From: a virus
Strand: one strand, 5' to 3'
Length of the DNA stretch: 64,000 bases
IMG/VR virus record: IMGVR_UViG_3300029444_000365
Span: 1-64,000 of that record
The position numbers and the translations under genes were made by a program. Shown here one piece after another: positions 36,284 through 46,388 of this stretch. How positions within the stretch are numbered: position 1 is the stretch's first letter; the number at the start of each line of letters is the position of its first letter. The notes beneath the pieces were generated by a model. The model was not told the origin of the DNA, ran no database searches, and saw nothing but the letters and a program-made list of their open reading frames with translations.

Positions 36284-36673
36284 TTACGGTGTTTCTTCAA
36301 TATTCTTTTCCAACATAAATACAAGTCCATCCTTATATGTAATTCTGAACTTATATGTTTCTTCAAGCCAATCGTTAAAACCATCATCAAAATATGTTTT
36401 TTCTGTTCCTCTTCTTGGCTTAATATTATCTAATAATTCGATAAAACAACCTGCAATCCCAAATACAGACTCTGCAATTACTATTGGATTTTCCATAAAT
36501 GCAAGTGTTGATGGAACTGCTATGAATCTGCACCTATTGATATTCGGGTTACTACTTTCTGTTCTTTCAACTACAATAGCTGCTTGATTGCAATTACTAT
36601 TCATAAACATATTATAAAATCTATTTGCATTTTCTTTTCGTTCTTTTTTGGTTGTTCTTTTCATTTTTATCAC
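36284..36673 (-). CDS. hypothetical protein (129 aa)
   Basis: ORF. Confidence 0.45.
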   Translation of the reverse strand: MIKMKRTTKKERKENANRFYNMFMNSNCNQAAIVVERTESSNPNINRCRFIAVPSTLAFMENPIVIAESVFGIAGCFIELLDNIKPRRGTEKTYFDDGFNDWLEETYKFRITYKDGLVFMLEKNIEETP

Positions 36674-36918
36674 TCCCTTATCATCATGTTTCTAAAGTAT
36701 GCAAATACCATTATCATCGCTTTATATTTCCGTGGATGTTTCATAATATCCTCAATTTCTTTCTCAAGACCTGCTGTATCTATGTCTAATTCGCTTTTTG
36801 TGAGAAAGAATCCGTTTAATCCACGAATTTCCTCATTGCTATAAGTTTCCATAATTTCTCTTCTTATCATTTTTGCTGTGTCTATTACAGCTTGCTCTAA
36901 TAATTTTTGATTTACCAT
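36670..36918 (-). CDS. hypothetical protein (82 aa; track ORF trimmed to MVNQKLLEQ start)
   Basis: GGAGAG RBS, start 4 nt after stop of upstream small ORF. Confidence 0.4.
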   Translation of the reverse strand: MVNQKLLEQAVIDTAKMIRREIMETYSNEEIRGLNGFFLTKSELDIDTAGLEKEIEDIMKHPRKYKAMIMVFAYFRNMMIRE

Positions 36919-36922
36919 ATAA

Positions 36923-37102
36923 TCACTCTCCAATCTCTTCTGCAATTTCTTTTCGTGTTCCTCTAATAGAGCAACCTTCTGTATCATGTTTGTTTAGAAT
37001 GTTCCAAATTGCATTTTCTTCAGCTTCGGTAAGACTAAATCCTTCCCAATAACCGAAATCATTATCTTCATGTTCTATTACAATTCCTGCGATTCTATTC
37101 AT
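36923..37102 (-). CDS. hypothetical protein (59 aa, MNRIAGIVIEHEDNDFGYWEGF...)
   Basis: AAGGAGG RBS; below track cutoff. Confidence 0.4.
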   Translation of the reverse strand: MNRIAGIVIEHEDNDFGYWEGFSLTEAEENAIWNILNKHDTEGCSIRGTRKEIAEEIGE

Positions 37103-37103
37103 A

Positions 37104-37457
37104 TTAAGCTACCTCCTTTAATATCTGTGCAACCTCATCATTTGTAAGTTCTCTGATGACTTTCATTTTCTGCGCCAATATCCAACTGCCGCCTTGTGAT
37201 TCAGGACGATTGTAACTATCCCAATCTTCTACTTCACATTCAACCCATACTCTCTGTTCTCCGTTTGCAAGCCGCATTGAAAGATGTGGCGCTAATGGTT
37301 TAAAACAACAATGCCAACCGCATCGAACTGCAAATCCCTTTGTTGGATAACACTCAGCTTGTATCCATTCATTGAATGGGGTTGCATATGTTTTGTGAAT
37401 GAACAGCGGATATAATTTTCCGTCAGATAACTTTCGTAATAGTTTATATGCTCTCAT
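37104..37457 (-). CDS. hypothetical protein (117 aa)
   Basis: ORF. Confidence 0.45.
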   Translation of the reverse strand: MRAYKLLRKLSDGKLYPLFIHKTYATPFNEWIQAECYPTKGFAVRCGWHCCFKPLAPHLSMRLANGEQRVWVECEVEDWDSYNRPESQGGSWILAQKMKVIRELTNDEVAQILKEVA

Positions 37458-37529
37458 GTATTATTCTCCTTTCCATAATAAAAGAGAGTAGATTTCTCTA
37501 CTCTCAAGAAACAGTTCTTTCCTTTGGTT

Positions 37530-38423
37530 TTATGCTACTGCCTCAACGCTGTCATACAATGTTTCGCTTACACCAAAATCGAGTGCTATTTCCTTAATCA
37601 ACTCATCTCCCCACTTATCATTGAAGAATCCCCAACAACTGTCTTTTTCTTCCCAGTCATCATCTTCTGTATCATATTCTTCCGTGATGACTCCATATAC
37701 TTCACCAGTTAAATACATGTCATATTCTTCAACTTCGCCTTGCATCCACTGGTATGCAGCCTTCTTCCAATTTTTATCTGTGGTTTTTACGTAATTCCCT
37801 TTTTCATTCCTAATTTTTCCACCGCAATCAATAATTGTTTTCTTGTCAGTGTAAATATATCCAACCTGTCCAGAGTCCCATCTGTCACCAAAACTTCCAG
37901 TGCTCATTGTGATTCCGCTATGGTCATACAGATAAAGTGGAAGATATACAATGTTTGCGTGTTTCTCTAACAAATACCATTTATCTTTCTGTGGTAAAGC
38001 TTCAATCATATCATCGACTAACCAATCAAGCGATTCATATTCTTCTATTACATCAAATTTTGCTTCTCTGCTTGTGCCAAGTGGAAACCAATAATATGTT
38101 CCCCATAACTGCCACATCTGTTCATGTCTGTCATATCTCAACTCAAGTCCATTAGATGCTTTCTTTGCCTTGATATAATTAATGATTGATTTATCTTCTA
38201 CATTTTCCCTTATGAGATTATTTAAAAAGTCCTCATTATCGTTGTAATCATTATCCTTATAATCTCCCAGTCTATAATCTCTATGCCAACACATCATTTT
38301 GCCTATTTGACCATCCCAATCATACCGTGGATCGAGTGGTTCATTATCCTGTTCAATATGTAGTCTCATAAGCTTTCCGTTATCTTTATAGTATCTGTAT
38401 TCTTTATCTATCATATCAATCAA
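37530..38423 (-). CDS. hypothetical Trp/Asp-rich protein (297 aa)
   Basis: ORF. Confidence 0.5.
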   Translation of the reverse strand: MIDMIDKEYRYYKDNGKLMRLHIEQDNEPLDPRYDWDGQIGKMMCWHRDYRLGDYKDNDYNDNEDFLNNLIRENVEDKSIINYIKAKKASNGLELRYDRHEQMWQLWGTYYWFPLGTSREAKFDVIEEYESLDWLVDDMIEALPQKDKWYLLEKHANIVYLPLYLYDHSGITMSTGSFGDRWDSGQVGYIYTDKKTIIDCGGKIRNEKGNYVKTTDKNWKKAAYQWMQGEVEEYDMYLTGEVYGVITEEYDTEDDDWEEKDSCWGFFNDKWGDELIKEIALDFGVSETLYDSVEAVA

Positions 38424-38431
38424 CCTCCGTT

Positions 38432-38869
38432 CTATATTTCATAATCTCTTACTGGTTCTGTATAACCACTATCCAATTTAATTTCCGTTGTTTCATAATC
38501 ATCATAAACACTCTTTTGTGTTCCTCTTGTATGAATAATCTTTGCAAGCTGCATAATTACATATCTGCGTTCACAACCATGTTCATCATAAATTTTATGT
38601 TGATAATATAATGCTCTACCATTGCAAACTGTAAAATTATCAAACTCTTTTCCATAGAACTGTTCACAATCACTAGCATGTAAATTCCGTAATGCGTGTT
38701 CTCTAATGTACTGTTTCTCTTCATCTGTTAATTTATCTGTGTTATCTAATAATGAGAAATCAAACAGAATATTTCTCTTACCAGTCTCAAATGAATCAAC
38801 ATATTCCAGGCTATTTTCTTTTGCTGTCTTTTTAGCTGTCTTGTACAATTTATATTCTTTAATTTTCAT
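38432..38869 (-). CDS. hypothetical protein (145 aa)
   Basis: ORF. Confidence 0.45.
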   Translation of the reverse strand: MKIKEYKLYKTAKKTAKENSLEYVDSFETGKRNILFDFSLLDNTDKLTDEEKQYIREHALRNLHASDCEQFYGKEFDNFTVCNGRALYYQHKIYDEHGCERRYVIMQLAKIIHTRGTQKSVYDDYETTEIKLDSGYTEPVRDYEI

Positions 38870-39098
38870 TTTCGTTTACCTCCGCTTTATATTTCTCAAA
38901 CACTTCTTCGCATCTCGCTTTGTCGCTGCTCCAAAATACTAAATGCCAGGAATAAACCCATTCTCCATTTTCAAAATATTTATATTTCTCTTGGATTTCC
39001 CATCGCTTATTCCAATGACTTCCAATTCCTTCAACCATTCTGTATTTCCGTAACCGCACCATTTCATTCACTCCTTCCATTACAAAAGGCAGACACAT
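38859..39098 (-). CDS. hypothetical protein (79 aa)
   Basis: ORF. Confidence 0.4.
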   Translation of the reverse strand: MCLPFVMEGVNEMVRLRKYRMVEGIGSHWNKRWEIQEKYKYFENGEWVYSWHLVFWSSDKARCEEVFEKYKAEVNENEN

Positions 39099-39131
39099 TT
39101 GTTTGCGTCTGCCTTTATTTATTCTCTGTTT

Positions 39132-39557
39132 CTAATCAATCTCATCACACTCTAAACTATCAACATCCCAATCAAGTTCATCAATCGGCTTATCCCACAA
39201 TCCATTATCATCCGCAATATAGTTCATAATCTTTGCAAAACTACTTGCTTTTACCTTTTCCATTTCCTCTGTAAATTTATAAGTCGGCTGCATAGCATCG
39301 TCTGTTTCATAGATGTACATATCAATTGTGTTGTCACTATTTACGAATGCCTTGATAAAGCCCATCTCATTTTTATGGAAAATGAGAAACTCACATAACC
39401 TGTTATTACAATTCCAATCAAAAGGTGTGCTGTCATTGCCATTCATATAATGAATAGCTCCGTTAGTATCAAGCATTTCATCTGTTACATTAGGACACAT
39501 ATTTCGTGCAACCTTAAAAATTCTTTCAATTTCTCTTTTAAATTCATATCCATTCAT
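39132..39557 (-). CDS. hypothetical protein (141 aa; trimmed to MNGYEFK start)
   Basis: removes 107-nt overlap with upstream gene; AAGGAAG RBS. Confidence 0.45.
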   Translation of the reverse strand: MNGYEFKREIERIFKVARNMCPNVTDEMLDTNGAIHYMNGNDSTPFDWNCNNRLCEFLIFHKNEMGFIKAFVNSDNTIDMYIYETDDAMQPTYKFTEEMEKVKASSFAKIMNYIADDNGLWDKPIDELDWDVDSLECDEID

Positions 39558-39558
39558 A

Positions 39559-40071
39559 TTATTTTTCTTCCTTTGGTGTAATAAGCTTTGTGATCTTCTC
39601 TCTGAAAAATTCACAATATCCGTTAATACTTCCGTCATTATAAACCCAGAACCAATCATCATCATAATTCCAGAAAATTATTACTTCGTGACCTGCTGTG
39701 ACACCATCAAATACATGTTTATCTCTCGTTCCATCTTTTGATTTAAAACAATCATTTATCGTATCATCACTTGCTCCATTTTTCTTTAAAACAAGGTATA
39801 AATATCTTTTAAGGTTTTCCAAATCTCTTTCTGTTTGTATATCAAAAATTTCAACTTTCTCATCATAGCTACAATCATCGTTTATGTCGCAATGTGATAA
39901 ATAGTTTTTGTTACCCATTCTCTTTAATTGTTTACTTAACGCAAACAGTGCTGATTCCTCATACTTTTTGCACTCCTCTTCGCTTCTAAATACAGTTCCA
40001 TCATCTGCAATGTATTCTATTCTTACAAGTTTCTCGATTGTTTCTGTTTTTCTTACTTCTTTTATCTTCAT
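39559..40071 (-). CDS. hypothetical protein (170 aa)
   Basis: ORF. Confidence 0.45.
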   Translation of the reverse strand: MKIKEVRKTETIEKLVRIEYIADDGTVFRSEEECKKYEESALFALSKQLKRMGNKNYLSHCDINDDCSYDEKVEIFDIQTERDLENLKRYLYLVLKKNGASDDTINDCFKSKDGTRDKHVFDGVTAGHEVIIFWNYDDDWFWVYNDGSINGYCEFFREKITKLITPKEEK

Positions 40072-40174
40072 TTTTTATTTTTAGTCTCCTTTTCTCTTAT
40101 ACTATATATTGTGGTTGCTCGTTTTATACGTCACTACATCTTGTAATTTTTTACCAGGAAATTACAATTTCCTG

Positions 40175-40363
40175 TTAATCTTCCAAAGTCCAATTGCCAA
40201 CTTTATTTCCATTGATATCCATTATGTAACCAGCTTGATATCCATATTCGAGTTTTTCTTTAATCTCTTTTAAATTTCGTCTTAACTCATATGCACTTCT
40301 GTCAAGCTCACCATCTTCATCTCTATAAGCTGCGCCACCTGTTTCAATTTCAATTTTCAGCAT
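40175..40363 (-). CDS. hypothetical protein (62 aa; trimmed to MLKIEIETGG start)
   Basis: GAGGAGG RBS; removes 149-nt overlap. Confidence 0.4.
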   Translation of the reverse strand: MLKIEIETGGAAYRDEDGELDRSAYELRRNLKEIKEKLEYGYQAGYIMDINGNKVGNWTLED

Positions 40364-40364
40364 A

Positions 40365-40778
40365 TCAATATTCCTCCTCATAGAATTTAATTGTTCTTTC
40401 CTTTTCAGCTTCATATTTCGTTTTATCAGTAAACAACGTGAGATAAATATCTCCCTCTGTATATGTGAATATTGCCATCTGTTCATCTGAATAAGCATAG
40501 GCACTATAACCATCTACCTGCACTAAATCGAATTTACATTTCTTTGCAAATGCATAACTTAAATCAGACATCCAATGTCCACCCAACATATAGTTTCCGT
40601 TTTTATCTTCTGTCTCTTCCATAAAGTTTACATTTGCAATTCGCTTTGTATCTTCATTTAATGAATATACTGATAAATCTAAGTCTGCAATTTCATACTC
40701 ACTTTCTACTTTCTTTACTCCAAGCTTATCAATTAATTCAAAATATTCATTTCTCGAAACATATTTCATATCAATCAC
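40365..40778 (-). CDS. hypothetical protein (137 aa)
   Basis: ORF. Confidence 0.45.
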   Translation of the reverse strand: MIDMKYVSRNEYFELIDKLGVKKVESEYEIADLDLSVYSLNEDTKRIANVNFMEETEDKNGNYMLGGHWMSDLSYAFAKKCKFDLVQVDGYSAYAYSDEQMAIFTYTEGDIYLTLFTDKTKYEAEKERTIKFYEEEY

Positions 40779-40786
40779 GCTCCTTC

Positions 40787-41374
40787 CTAAATCAACAACA
40801 TTCTCTTATACTCTGGATTCTTTTTATGTCTATCTCCAACTTTAACGAAAATCGACTTTCCATTGTCAATAGTCACAGCTCCCCAAGGATCTGTCATAAG
40901 TGGATTTTTCTTCCAACCTTCAGGTATTTTAGATACAACTTCCATACCTCTTTCTTTTGCAACTTCCATTACATGTTCAAGTTTCTTTTCCGTTGCACTC
41001 TTACCTGTGGCAGATTTAAATAATCTGATGCAAGCTTCAATGATTTTCTTTCTGTTTTCTTCTGTATCTTCAAGCAACCAATCAAAGTTAATCACATTTC
41101 GTTTCCCATCAAATTTTTCTGTCACATTATATCCACCATAACAACCATTTTCTGAATCATGTACATAAGTATGGCAACCAATATAGGTTTCCATTACTTT
41201 ATCAGTCCAACCATTTTTATACCACGCATAAGGTAATGAATTTTTTCCACCTGGATTTTCACAATGCACAATTTCAATTACCATTGTTTCCTGCTTTGCA
41301 TTCTTACCAATTACATGTACCCATGTACTACCAAAATCTCTTTTTTCTATTTCATACTTCATCATACTAATCAA
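40787..41374 (-). CDS. hypothetical protein (195 aa)
   Basis: ORF. Confidence 0.45.
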   Translation of the reverse strand: MISMMKYEIEKRDFGSTWVHVIGKNAKQETMVIEIVHCENPGGKNSLPYAWYKNGWTDKVMETYIGCHTYVHDSENGCYGGYNVTEKFDGKRNVINFDWLLEDTEENRKKIIEACIRLFKSATGKSATEKKLEHVMEVAKERGMEVVSKIPEGWKKNPLMTDPWGAVTIDNGKSIFVKVGDRHKKNPEYKRMLLI

Positions 41375-41383
41375 CCTGCCTTT

Positions 41384-41665
41384 CTAATCATCAATTAAAT
41401 GCTCAATGTGTGCTTTTTCGCTCAAACAAACTGGCGTATCAAGTGTTCCCATAGAATAATCATAATCATACCACTCACTCATTGACGGATTAGGATCATT
41501 CCAAATTGCATTACATAAATGACTTGCAATACAAAAGTTGTCTTCATCAATTTTTTCTTTAATAAATTCCTTTAAACTGTCAAGTGTTGTAATCTCATCC
41601 AATTCTTCATTAAGCTGACTCATTACATCTTCAAATGATTTCTCTTCAAATTCTGTTCTTGTCAT
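41384..41665 (-). CDS. hypothetical acidic protein (93 aa)
   Basis: ORF. Confidence 0.4.
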   Translation of the reverse strand: MTRTEFEEKSFEDVMSQLNEELDEITTLDSLKEFIKEKIDEDNFCIASHLCNAIWNDPNPSMSEWYDYDYSMGTLDTPVCLSEKAHIEHLIDD

Positions 41666-41677
41666 ACAATCATCTCC

Positions 41678-42364
41678 TTATCTCACATATGGAATATCTT
41701 TTCCATGCATATAATTTTCACCTCTAAAACAATCACCACAGTATTCCCAAATTCCATCATTCACCTTTTTGAATGTGGAATATGTTGTTCTGCCTTCTCC
41801 GTTTTCATCAATTCTGCTTGAACATGGTTCACCAATCTGTGAACAATCGCTTCTCATACAAACTGGTGGTAATAAATCCATAAAGAAATCAACCATATCT
41901 TCTGTGAAATACTCACCAACTTCATGTGCATCAAGTCCAAAATAGTGTTCTTTATCTACAACTTCCTTTCCCTTGTACATTTTCGGTTCGCTTAATGGAA
42001 CACCGTCATATTCGACTTCTTCAATCACTAAATCTTCATTGAACCATGTATATGATTCATAATGCTTTTTATAAACTTCTGCTGCTTTGCGTGTTGGGAA
42101 GATTTGTGGATTACCTGCTGATAATCTATATTCTCCGTTGTAATACACAACTTCATATCCCTTAAGTCCTTTTGTCCATCCTGGAATATCAGTTTCGATC
42201 ACATATCCGTTATCAACTGACCATTCAACTGCTTCATAATCATATTCGTCTACAGGTTCACCAACTGTTTTATACTTGTAACTTGCACATTCTTCTTTGC
42301 CTTTTTCTGTAAGTACAAAATGCTTTCCCTTGTCTGCTTTGTACCAATTGTTCCGTAATTTCAT
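41678..42364 (-). CDS. hypothetical protein (228 aa)
   Basis: ORF. Confidence 0.45.
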   Translation of the reverse strand: MKLRNNWYKADKGKHFVLTEKGKEECASYKYKTVGEPVDEYDYEAVEWSVDNGYVIETDIPGWTKGLKGYEVVYYNGEYRLSAGNPQIFPTRKAAEVYKKHYESYTWFNEDLVIEEVEYDGVPLSEPKMYKGKEVVDKEHYFGLDAHEVGEYFTEDMVDFFMDLLPPVCMRSDCSQIGEPCSSRIDENGEGRTTYSTFKKVNDGIWEYCGDCFRGENYMHGKDIPYVR

Positions 42365-42456
42365 AATTCGTTTCCTCCTTGTAATAAAATAGGCAGCTAG
42401 GTATTTATTCTCCTAACTGCCTTTGCGTTTGCGTTATTCTGTTTAGTTGCTAAACA

Positions 42457-42765
42457 TTACAGATACTCTGCAAAAATCTGAAGGTTAAATTTGTTACTCA
42501 ACTCTTCAATAGTCATATCTTTAAGTTTCTTTGCAAGTGATAATTCGTTTGCATTATAACTCCATTCCATTGCACATCCGTTTGGTGTTGCAGGAAATTT
42601 CACTTCTACACAAATTTCATTTGTATATTCTGTAACTTCTGTTACTGTACCAAAGAAACTTTTATGTGTTCTTTCTCCATATTCCTTTTCATATTCTGTA
42701 TCTGGGTTAGATACATACACTAAATCACCAACTTTAAACATCTTAATCACCTCATTTCTTTCCAT
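42457..42765 (-). CDS. hypothetical protein (102 aa)
   Basis: ORF. Confidence 0.4.
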   Translation of the reverse strand: MERNEVIKMFKVGDLVYVSNPDTEYEKEYGERTHKSFFGTVTEVTEYTNEICVEVKFPATPNGCAMEWSYNANELSLAKKLKDMTIEELSNKFNLQIFAEYL

Positions 42766-42991
42766 AGTTTACACTCATTGGATGCCAACTCATATCAAAT
42801 CCGAAATCATATTCCAGACATTCAACAATTTCATCCTCATTGAATGAAAGGGCTTTCATTTCTCTTATAATTATCTCCTCGAAATCATCTTCGTCCTCAA
42901 CTATTCCCATGAGATAATTAATAAGATATTTAAGCTTCTTACCATGCTTTCTGTAATCTGCTAACTGTTTCCGTGTATTTTCCGTTATCAT
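42752..42991 (-). CDS. hypothetical protein (79 aa)
   Basis: ORF. Confidence 0.4.
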   Translation of the reverse strand: MITENTRKQLADYRKHGKKLKYLINYLMGIVEDEDDFEEIIIREMKALSFNEDEIVECLEYDFGFDMSWHPMSVNYGKK

Positions 42992-43032
42992 TTTCCTTCA
43001 CCTGCTTCCTAAGAAATCTTAGTTTCATTCGG

Positions 43033-43317
43033 CTAATACGCTAATACAGATGTATAATAATCTAACTCAGCTTCATCTAATCCATGTTCTTCAGCAGATT
43101 CAACGTCTTTCAGTATATTAAAAATCATATCTATTGTCATATCTAATGTATATGATTCCCAATATTCTTCTTTTGTTAAATCATCATCTTCTGAACCGAG
43201 AAAATAAAATGCGTTATCACCAATTCTGCAACAAATGCCAATACATCCTGCATATTCTTCTTCGATTGAAACAGTTCCAGATTCAAAACCATTTCTAATC
43301 ATTTCTCTTGTAATCAT
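43033..43317 (-). CDS. hypothetical acidic protein (94 aa)
   Basis: ORF. Confidence 0.4.
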   Translation of the reverse strand: MITREMIRNGFESGTVSIEEEYAGCIGICCRIGDNAFYFLGSEDDDLTKEEYWESYTLDMTIDMIFNILKDVESAEEHGLDEAELDYYTSVLAY

Positions 43318-43352
43318 GTCCTATCCTCCAATCTTTTAAATAAATGCGAATT

Positions 43353-43556
43353 TCAAATACTCATTGTTCCATCCAAATAATCATTTACACCTTCAAAATA
43401 ATCTTCGTTTGACTGTTCCTGATGAGCAAATCCCTGTTCGCACTGTTCCTCATAAGCTGCCTTTTGTGTCTCTTCATAAATAATTTCATCAATTCTGTTC
43501 ATTTCTCTTGTCTCCAATTCTAATGAGATACACATATTTAGTGCCAACTTTCGCAA
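43353..43556 (-). CDS. hypothetical acidic protein (67 aa)
   Basis: ORF. Confidence 0.4.
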   Translation of the reverse strand: MRKLALNMCISLELETREMNRIDEIIYEETQKAAYEEQCEQGFAHQEQSNEDYFEGVNDYLDGTMSI

Positions 43557-43759
43557 GTAGAATTTCTATCAACTAATCCTTCTACTTCTGTACAATATCC
43601 TTCATAAGTTGTACAAGGATTGTACGCACTGCATCCGTCACAACGCTTGCACTTTCGCTTTGAACTGCTTACAATATGATACATATTCGGTTCTACATAT
43701 TTCTCTTTAATGTCTTCCCATTGTTTTTGAGTTACTTTTAAATAAGCATTTACAATCAT
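43538..43759 (-). CDS. hypothetical Cys-rich protein (73 aa)
   Basis: CKRCDGC..C; preceded by conserved 5'UTR motif. Confidence 0.45.
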   Translation of the reverse strand: MIVNAYLKVTQKQWEDIKEKYVEPNMYHIVSSSKRKCKRCDGCSAYNPCTTYEGYCTEVEGLVDRNSTCESWH

Positions 43760-43798
43760 TTTCTCTTACCTCCATTTTAAAGAAACACACAAATTTCT

Positions 43799-44038
43799 TT
43801 ATTCTGTATCGCATAATGTATATCCCATTCCTGCTAACACATCTGGTGCATTATTATAATTGATTTCCTCAAAATCTTCTTCCATCCATGATAAAGTTCC
43901 CTTACAATCACATTCAGGACAAGTGTCTTCTCCGTGATTTATCAGCATTGCTCTTCCACAGTTATTACATGCTACAAAATCACAACATTCGCTTTTGTTT
44001 TCATTTGTAACTCTGTCTAATACAATATTTTCATCCAT
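43799..44038 (-). CDS. hypothetical Cys-rich protein (79 aa)
   Basis: CCDFVACNNCG...CPECDC; preceded by conserved 5'UTR motif. Confidence 0.45.
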   Translation of the reverse strand: MDENIVLDRVTNENKSECCDFVACNNCGRAMLINHGEDTCPECDCKGTLSWMEEDFEEINYNNAPDVLAGMGYTLCDTE

Positions 44039-44095
44039 TTTTAATCACCATTCATCTTTCTTAAAATCCATAAGAAGCTCGCATTTTTATTTATC

Positions 44096-44230
44096 TTATC
44101 TAAACACATCAATACAAGATAATGGTACACTTAATTCACTTGCTAATTTTTTTCGTGCATTAAATTCGTTTTCAGCTTCTACTTCATAGCTTTTCATTGT
44201 TACTGTACAAAATAATTTCCATTTCATCAT
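44096..44230 (-). CDS. hypothetical protein (44 aa, MMKWKLFCTVTMKSYEVEAENEF...)
   Basis: AAAGGAAGG RBS; preceded by conserved 5'UTR motif; below track cutoff. Confidence 0.4.
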   Translation of the reverse strand: MMKWKLFCTVTMKSYEVEAENEFNARKKLASELSVPLSCIDVFR

Positions 44231-44260
44231 AATTACCTTCCTTTCTAAAGAAACACGCAT

Positions 44261-44563
44261 TTACTCAGTTACTCCCAGCTCTACCATACAGATATAAAAA
44301 TATCCATCTCCGTTTCTCTCTTTAAAACATAATGAATCTTCATAACTTTCATCTTTTACATAGCGAAAATCATTATCATCAATATATTCTTCTTTTCGCT
44401 TTTTCATATCTACAAGAGCTTTCTCTTTATTTGTGAATAATTTCATATCACATCCTTCTACACAATCAACATCTCCGTCCATATTGTAATTCTTTTCATA
44501 TACTAAAAACATATAATCACCTCTACCTTTCCGAAGAAACCATTTACTACCAACTAATCTCAC
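44261..44563 (-). CDS. hypothetical protein (100 aa)
   Basis: ORF. Confidence 0.4.
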   Translation of the reverse strand: MRLVGSKWFLRKGRGDYMFLVYEKNYNMDGDVDCVEGCDMKLFTNKEKALVDMKKRKEEYIDDNDFRYVKDESYEDSLCFKERNGDGYFYICMVELGVTE

Positions 44564-45329
44564 AAGTTTCTTTATTAAAGAAATAAGCGTGATCGCTTAA
44601 TATTTCTTCGGGTTCAACTTGTGTTTCATTTACCTCACGAACCATATTTGAATACATTTCCATATCTGGGTTATTGTCGATATGAATAATACATTCATGA
44701 ATACTTGATGGAAGAATTACAAGGTTACTATTATATTTCCTTGCAATATTGCTTAACAACTCTTTATTACAAATTGCAACTGCTCCATTTACCTTTTCCT
44801 TATTTGTAACAATAATCATTTTTGCTTCATCCATATCGAAAAGTTCGTCACAACCTATCATATTGGCAAGCATTTTTGCCATATCTTCAACAAGAATATT
44901 TTCTTTTGCATTTAACAATGCTCTTGCAAAAATCTCATCTTCGCTTACTTCTTTAAACATTCCTGGCTTTACCTTGTATGTAGCATCTTCTGCGACTTTT
45001 ACCCTAACATACATTTCCATATCAAGATAATCCCTCTTTAAAATATTTTCATTCGTCTTTCTCTGTAAACAAAGTTGCAAGTTATTCTTTGCATAATCCC
45101 ACTTTACGATCTTATCCGTATTTATATCCATTTTTGGAATGTTTTCATAAATATTAATAATTTCACTTACACACTCATCTACTGTATAATTTAAGTCGGG
45201 ATAAATAGTAGGTCTTATTGTACCTTCACCTATAATTATTCCGACTTTTTCAATTCCATTTTTTACCACTGTTGTACTTTCTGCCTTGTATCCTCTGTTA
45301 TTTAACTCTGCAATAATTTTATTCATCAT
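44547..45329 (-). CDS. hypothetical protein (260 aa)
   Basis: ORF. Confidence 0.5.
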   Translation of the reverse strand: MMNKIIAELNNRGYKAESTTVVKNGIEKVGIIIGEGTIRPTIYPDLNYTVDECVSEIINIYENIPKMDINTDKIVKWDYAKNNLQLCLQRKTNENILKRDYLDMEMYVRVKVAEDATYKVKPGMFKEVSEDEIFARALLNAKENILVEDMAKMLANMIGCDELFDMDEAKMIIVTNKEKVNGAVAICNKELLSNIARKYNSNLVILPSSIHECIIHIDNNPDMEMYSNMVREVNETQVEPEEILSDHAYFFNKETCEISW

Positions 45330-45373
45330 AATTTTTTACCTGCCTTTCTTCTAATGAAATATCCATTTACTCT

Positions 45374-45592
45374 TTACTCTAAATCCAAATCATCTTCATC
45401 ACAAACAGATCCGCACTGTCCATCTGATGTAAGAATTAAGGCTCTATAATCATTTCCTCTAAATGATGCTATGCCTTTACCTTCTTCAATATATCCAATG
45501 TATTCTCCATACATATCACCTGATGGTTGAAATACAATTTTCATATCTTCATCATAGTCATCCAACATTCTTTTTAATTCACCAACTGTCAT
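45374..45592 (-). CDS. hypothetical protein (72 aa)
   Basis: ORF. Confidence 0.4.
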   Translation of the reverse strand: MTVGELKRMLDDYDEDMKIVFQPSGDMYGEYIGYIEEGKGIASFRGNDYRALILTSDGQCGSVCDEDDLDLE

Positions 45593-45598
45593 ATTTAA

Positions 45599-45934
45599 TC
45601 ACTCACTTTCATTTTCAAACTCGTCAATAAACTTTTGTGTAAACCTACCTACTTTGTAAGTTCCATAGTTTACCTTTACCTCATCCGTAATTTCCAGATA
45701 TCCGTTCTCAACCATTTCGGTAATCAGATTGGGAGAATCGGCACTCAGAAATGATTCTCCCTCATTAAGTGAATACTGTGGGATATTGATTGTAACGTCT
45801 CCATACAATTCGCCTTTTTCATCACCACTTGCAACAAACGCAAGAACTGCTTTTCTATGGAACATATCTGCGTATGTATCTACTACAAAAGATACTTCGC
45901 AATCATTTACTTTTATTGTTTTCATTTTCATCAC
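45599..45934 (-). CDS. hypothetical protein (111 aa)
   Basis: ORF. Confidence 0.4.
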   Translation of the reverse strand: MMKMKTIKVNDCEVSFVVDTYADMFHRKAVLAFVASGDEKGELYGDVTINIPQYSLNEGESFLSADSPNLITEMVENGYLEITDEVKVNYGTYKVGRFTQKFIDEFENESE

Positions 45935-46383
45935 TCCTTACTATTTGCGCCATCTGCAAATCCATCATCGTAACCCTTGTTATACATAGGATTCTCAAAC
46001 TTTGTATTCGCTATTGGTGAATCTTCTTCAATGCCAAAGAAAGATTTCTCTTCCTCTGACATTTCACAGATTTCGTCAAAATATTCAAGAGCACTTTCTC
46101 TGTCGTCAGAGATAAGTCCATCTTTGAAGAGTATTGCAAGTTCTTCAAGTCTGCATCGTGGGATATATCCCTCTTCAGTTTTGTATCTAAAAGCATCAAT
46201 CGCTTTTGCTAATGCTTCTGCTTTTGATATTGGTGAAAATTCACCAAAGTTGTAATAGACATATGTCCATGCCCATTCACCTTTTGCCTTGTCAAGCCTA
46301 TTGACTACCGCATATTCATCCATCCGTGTTTTACGGAGAATTAATGCATAATCACCTTTTTCCATTATTACTTCATATTTCAT
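45931..46383 (-). CDS. hypothetical protein (150 aa)
   Basis: ORF. Confidence 0.45.
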   Translation of the reverse strand: MKYEVIMEKGDYALILRKTRMDEYAVVNRLDKAKGEWAWTYVYYNFGEFSPISKAEALAKAIDAFRYKTEEGYIPRCRLEELAILFKDGLISDDRESALEYFDEICEMSEEEKSFFGIEEDSPIANTKFENPMYNKGYDDGFADGANSKE

Positions 46384-46388
46384 TTTTA

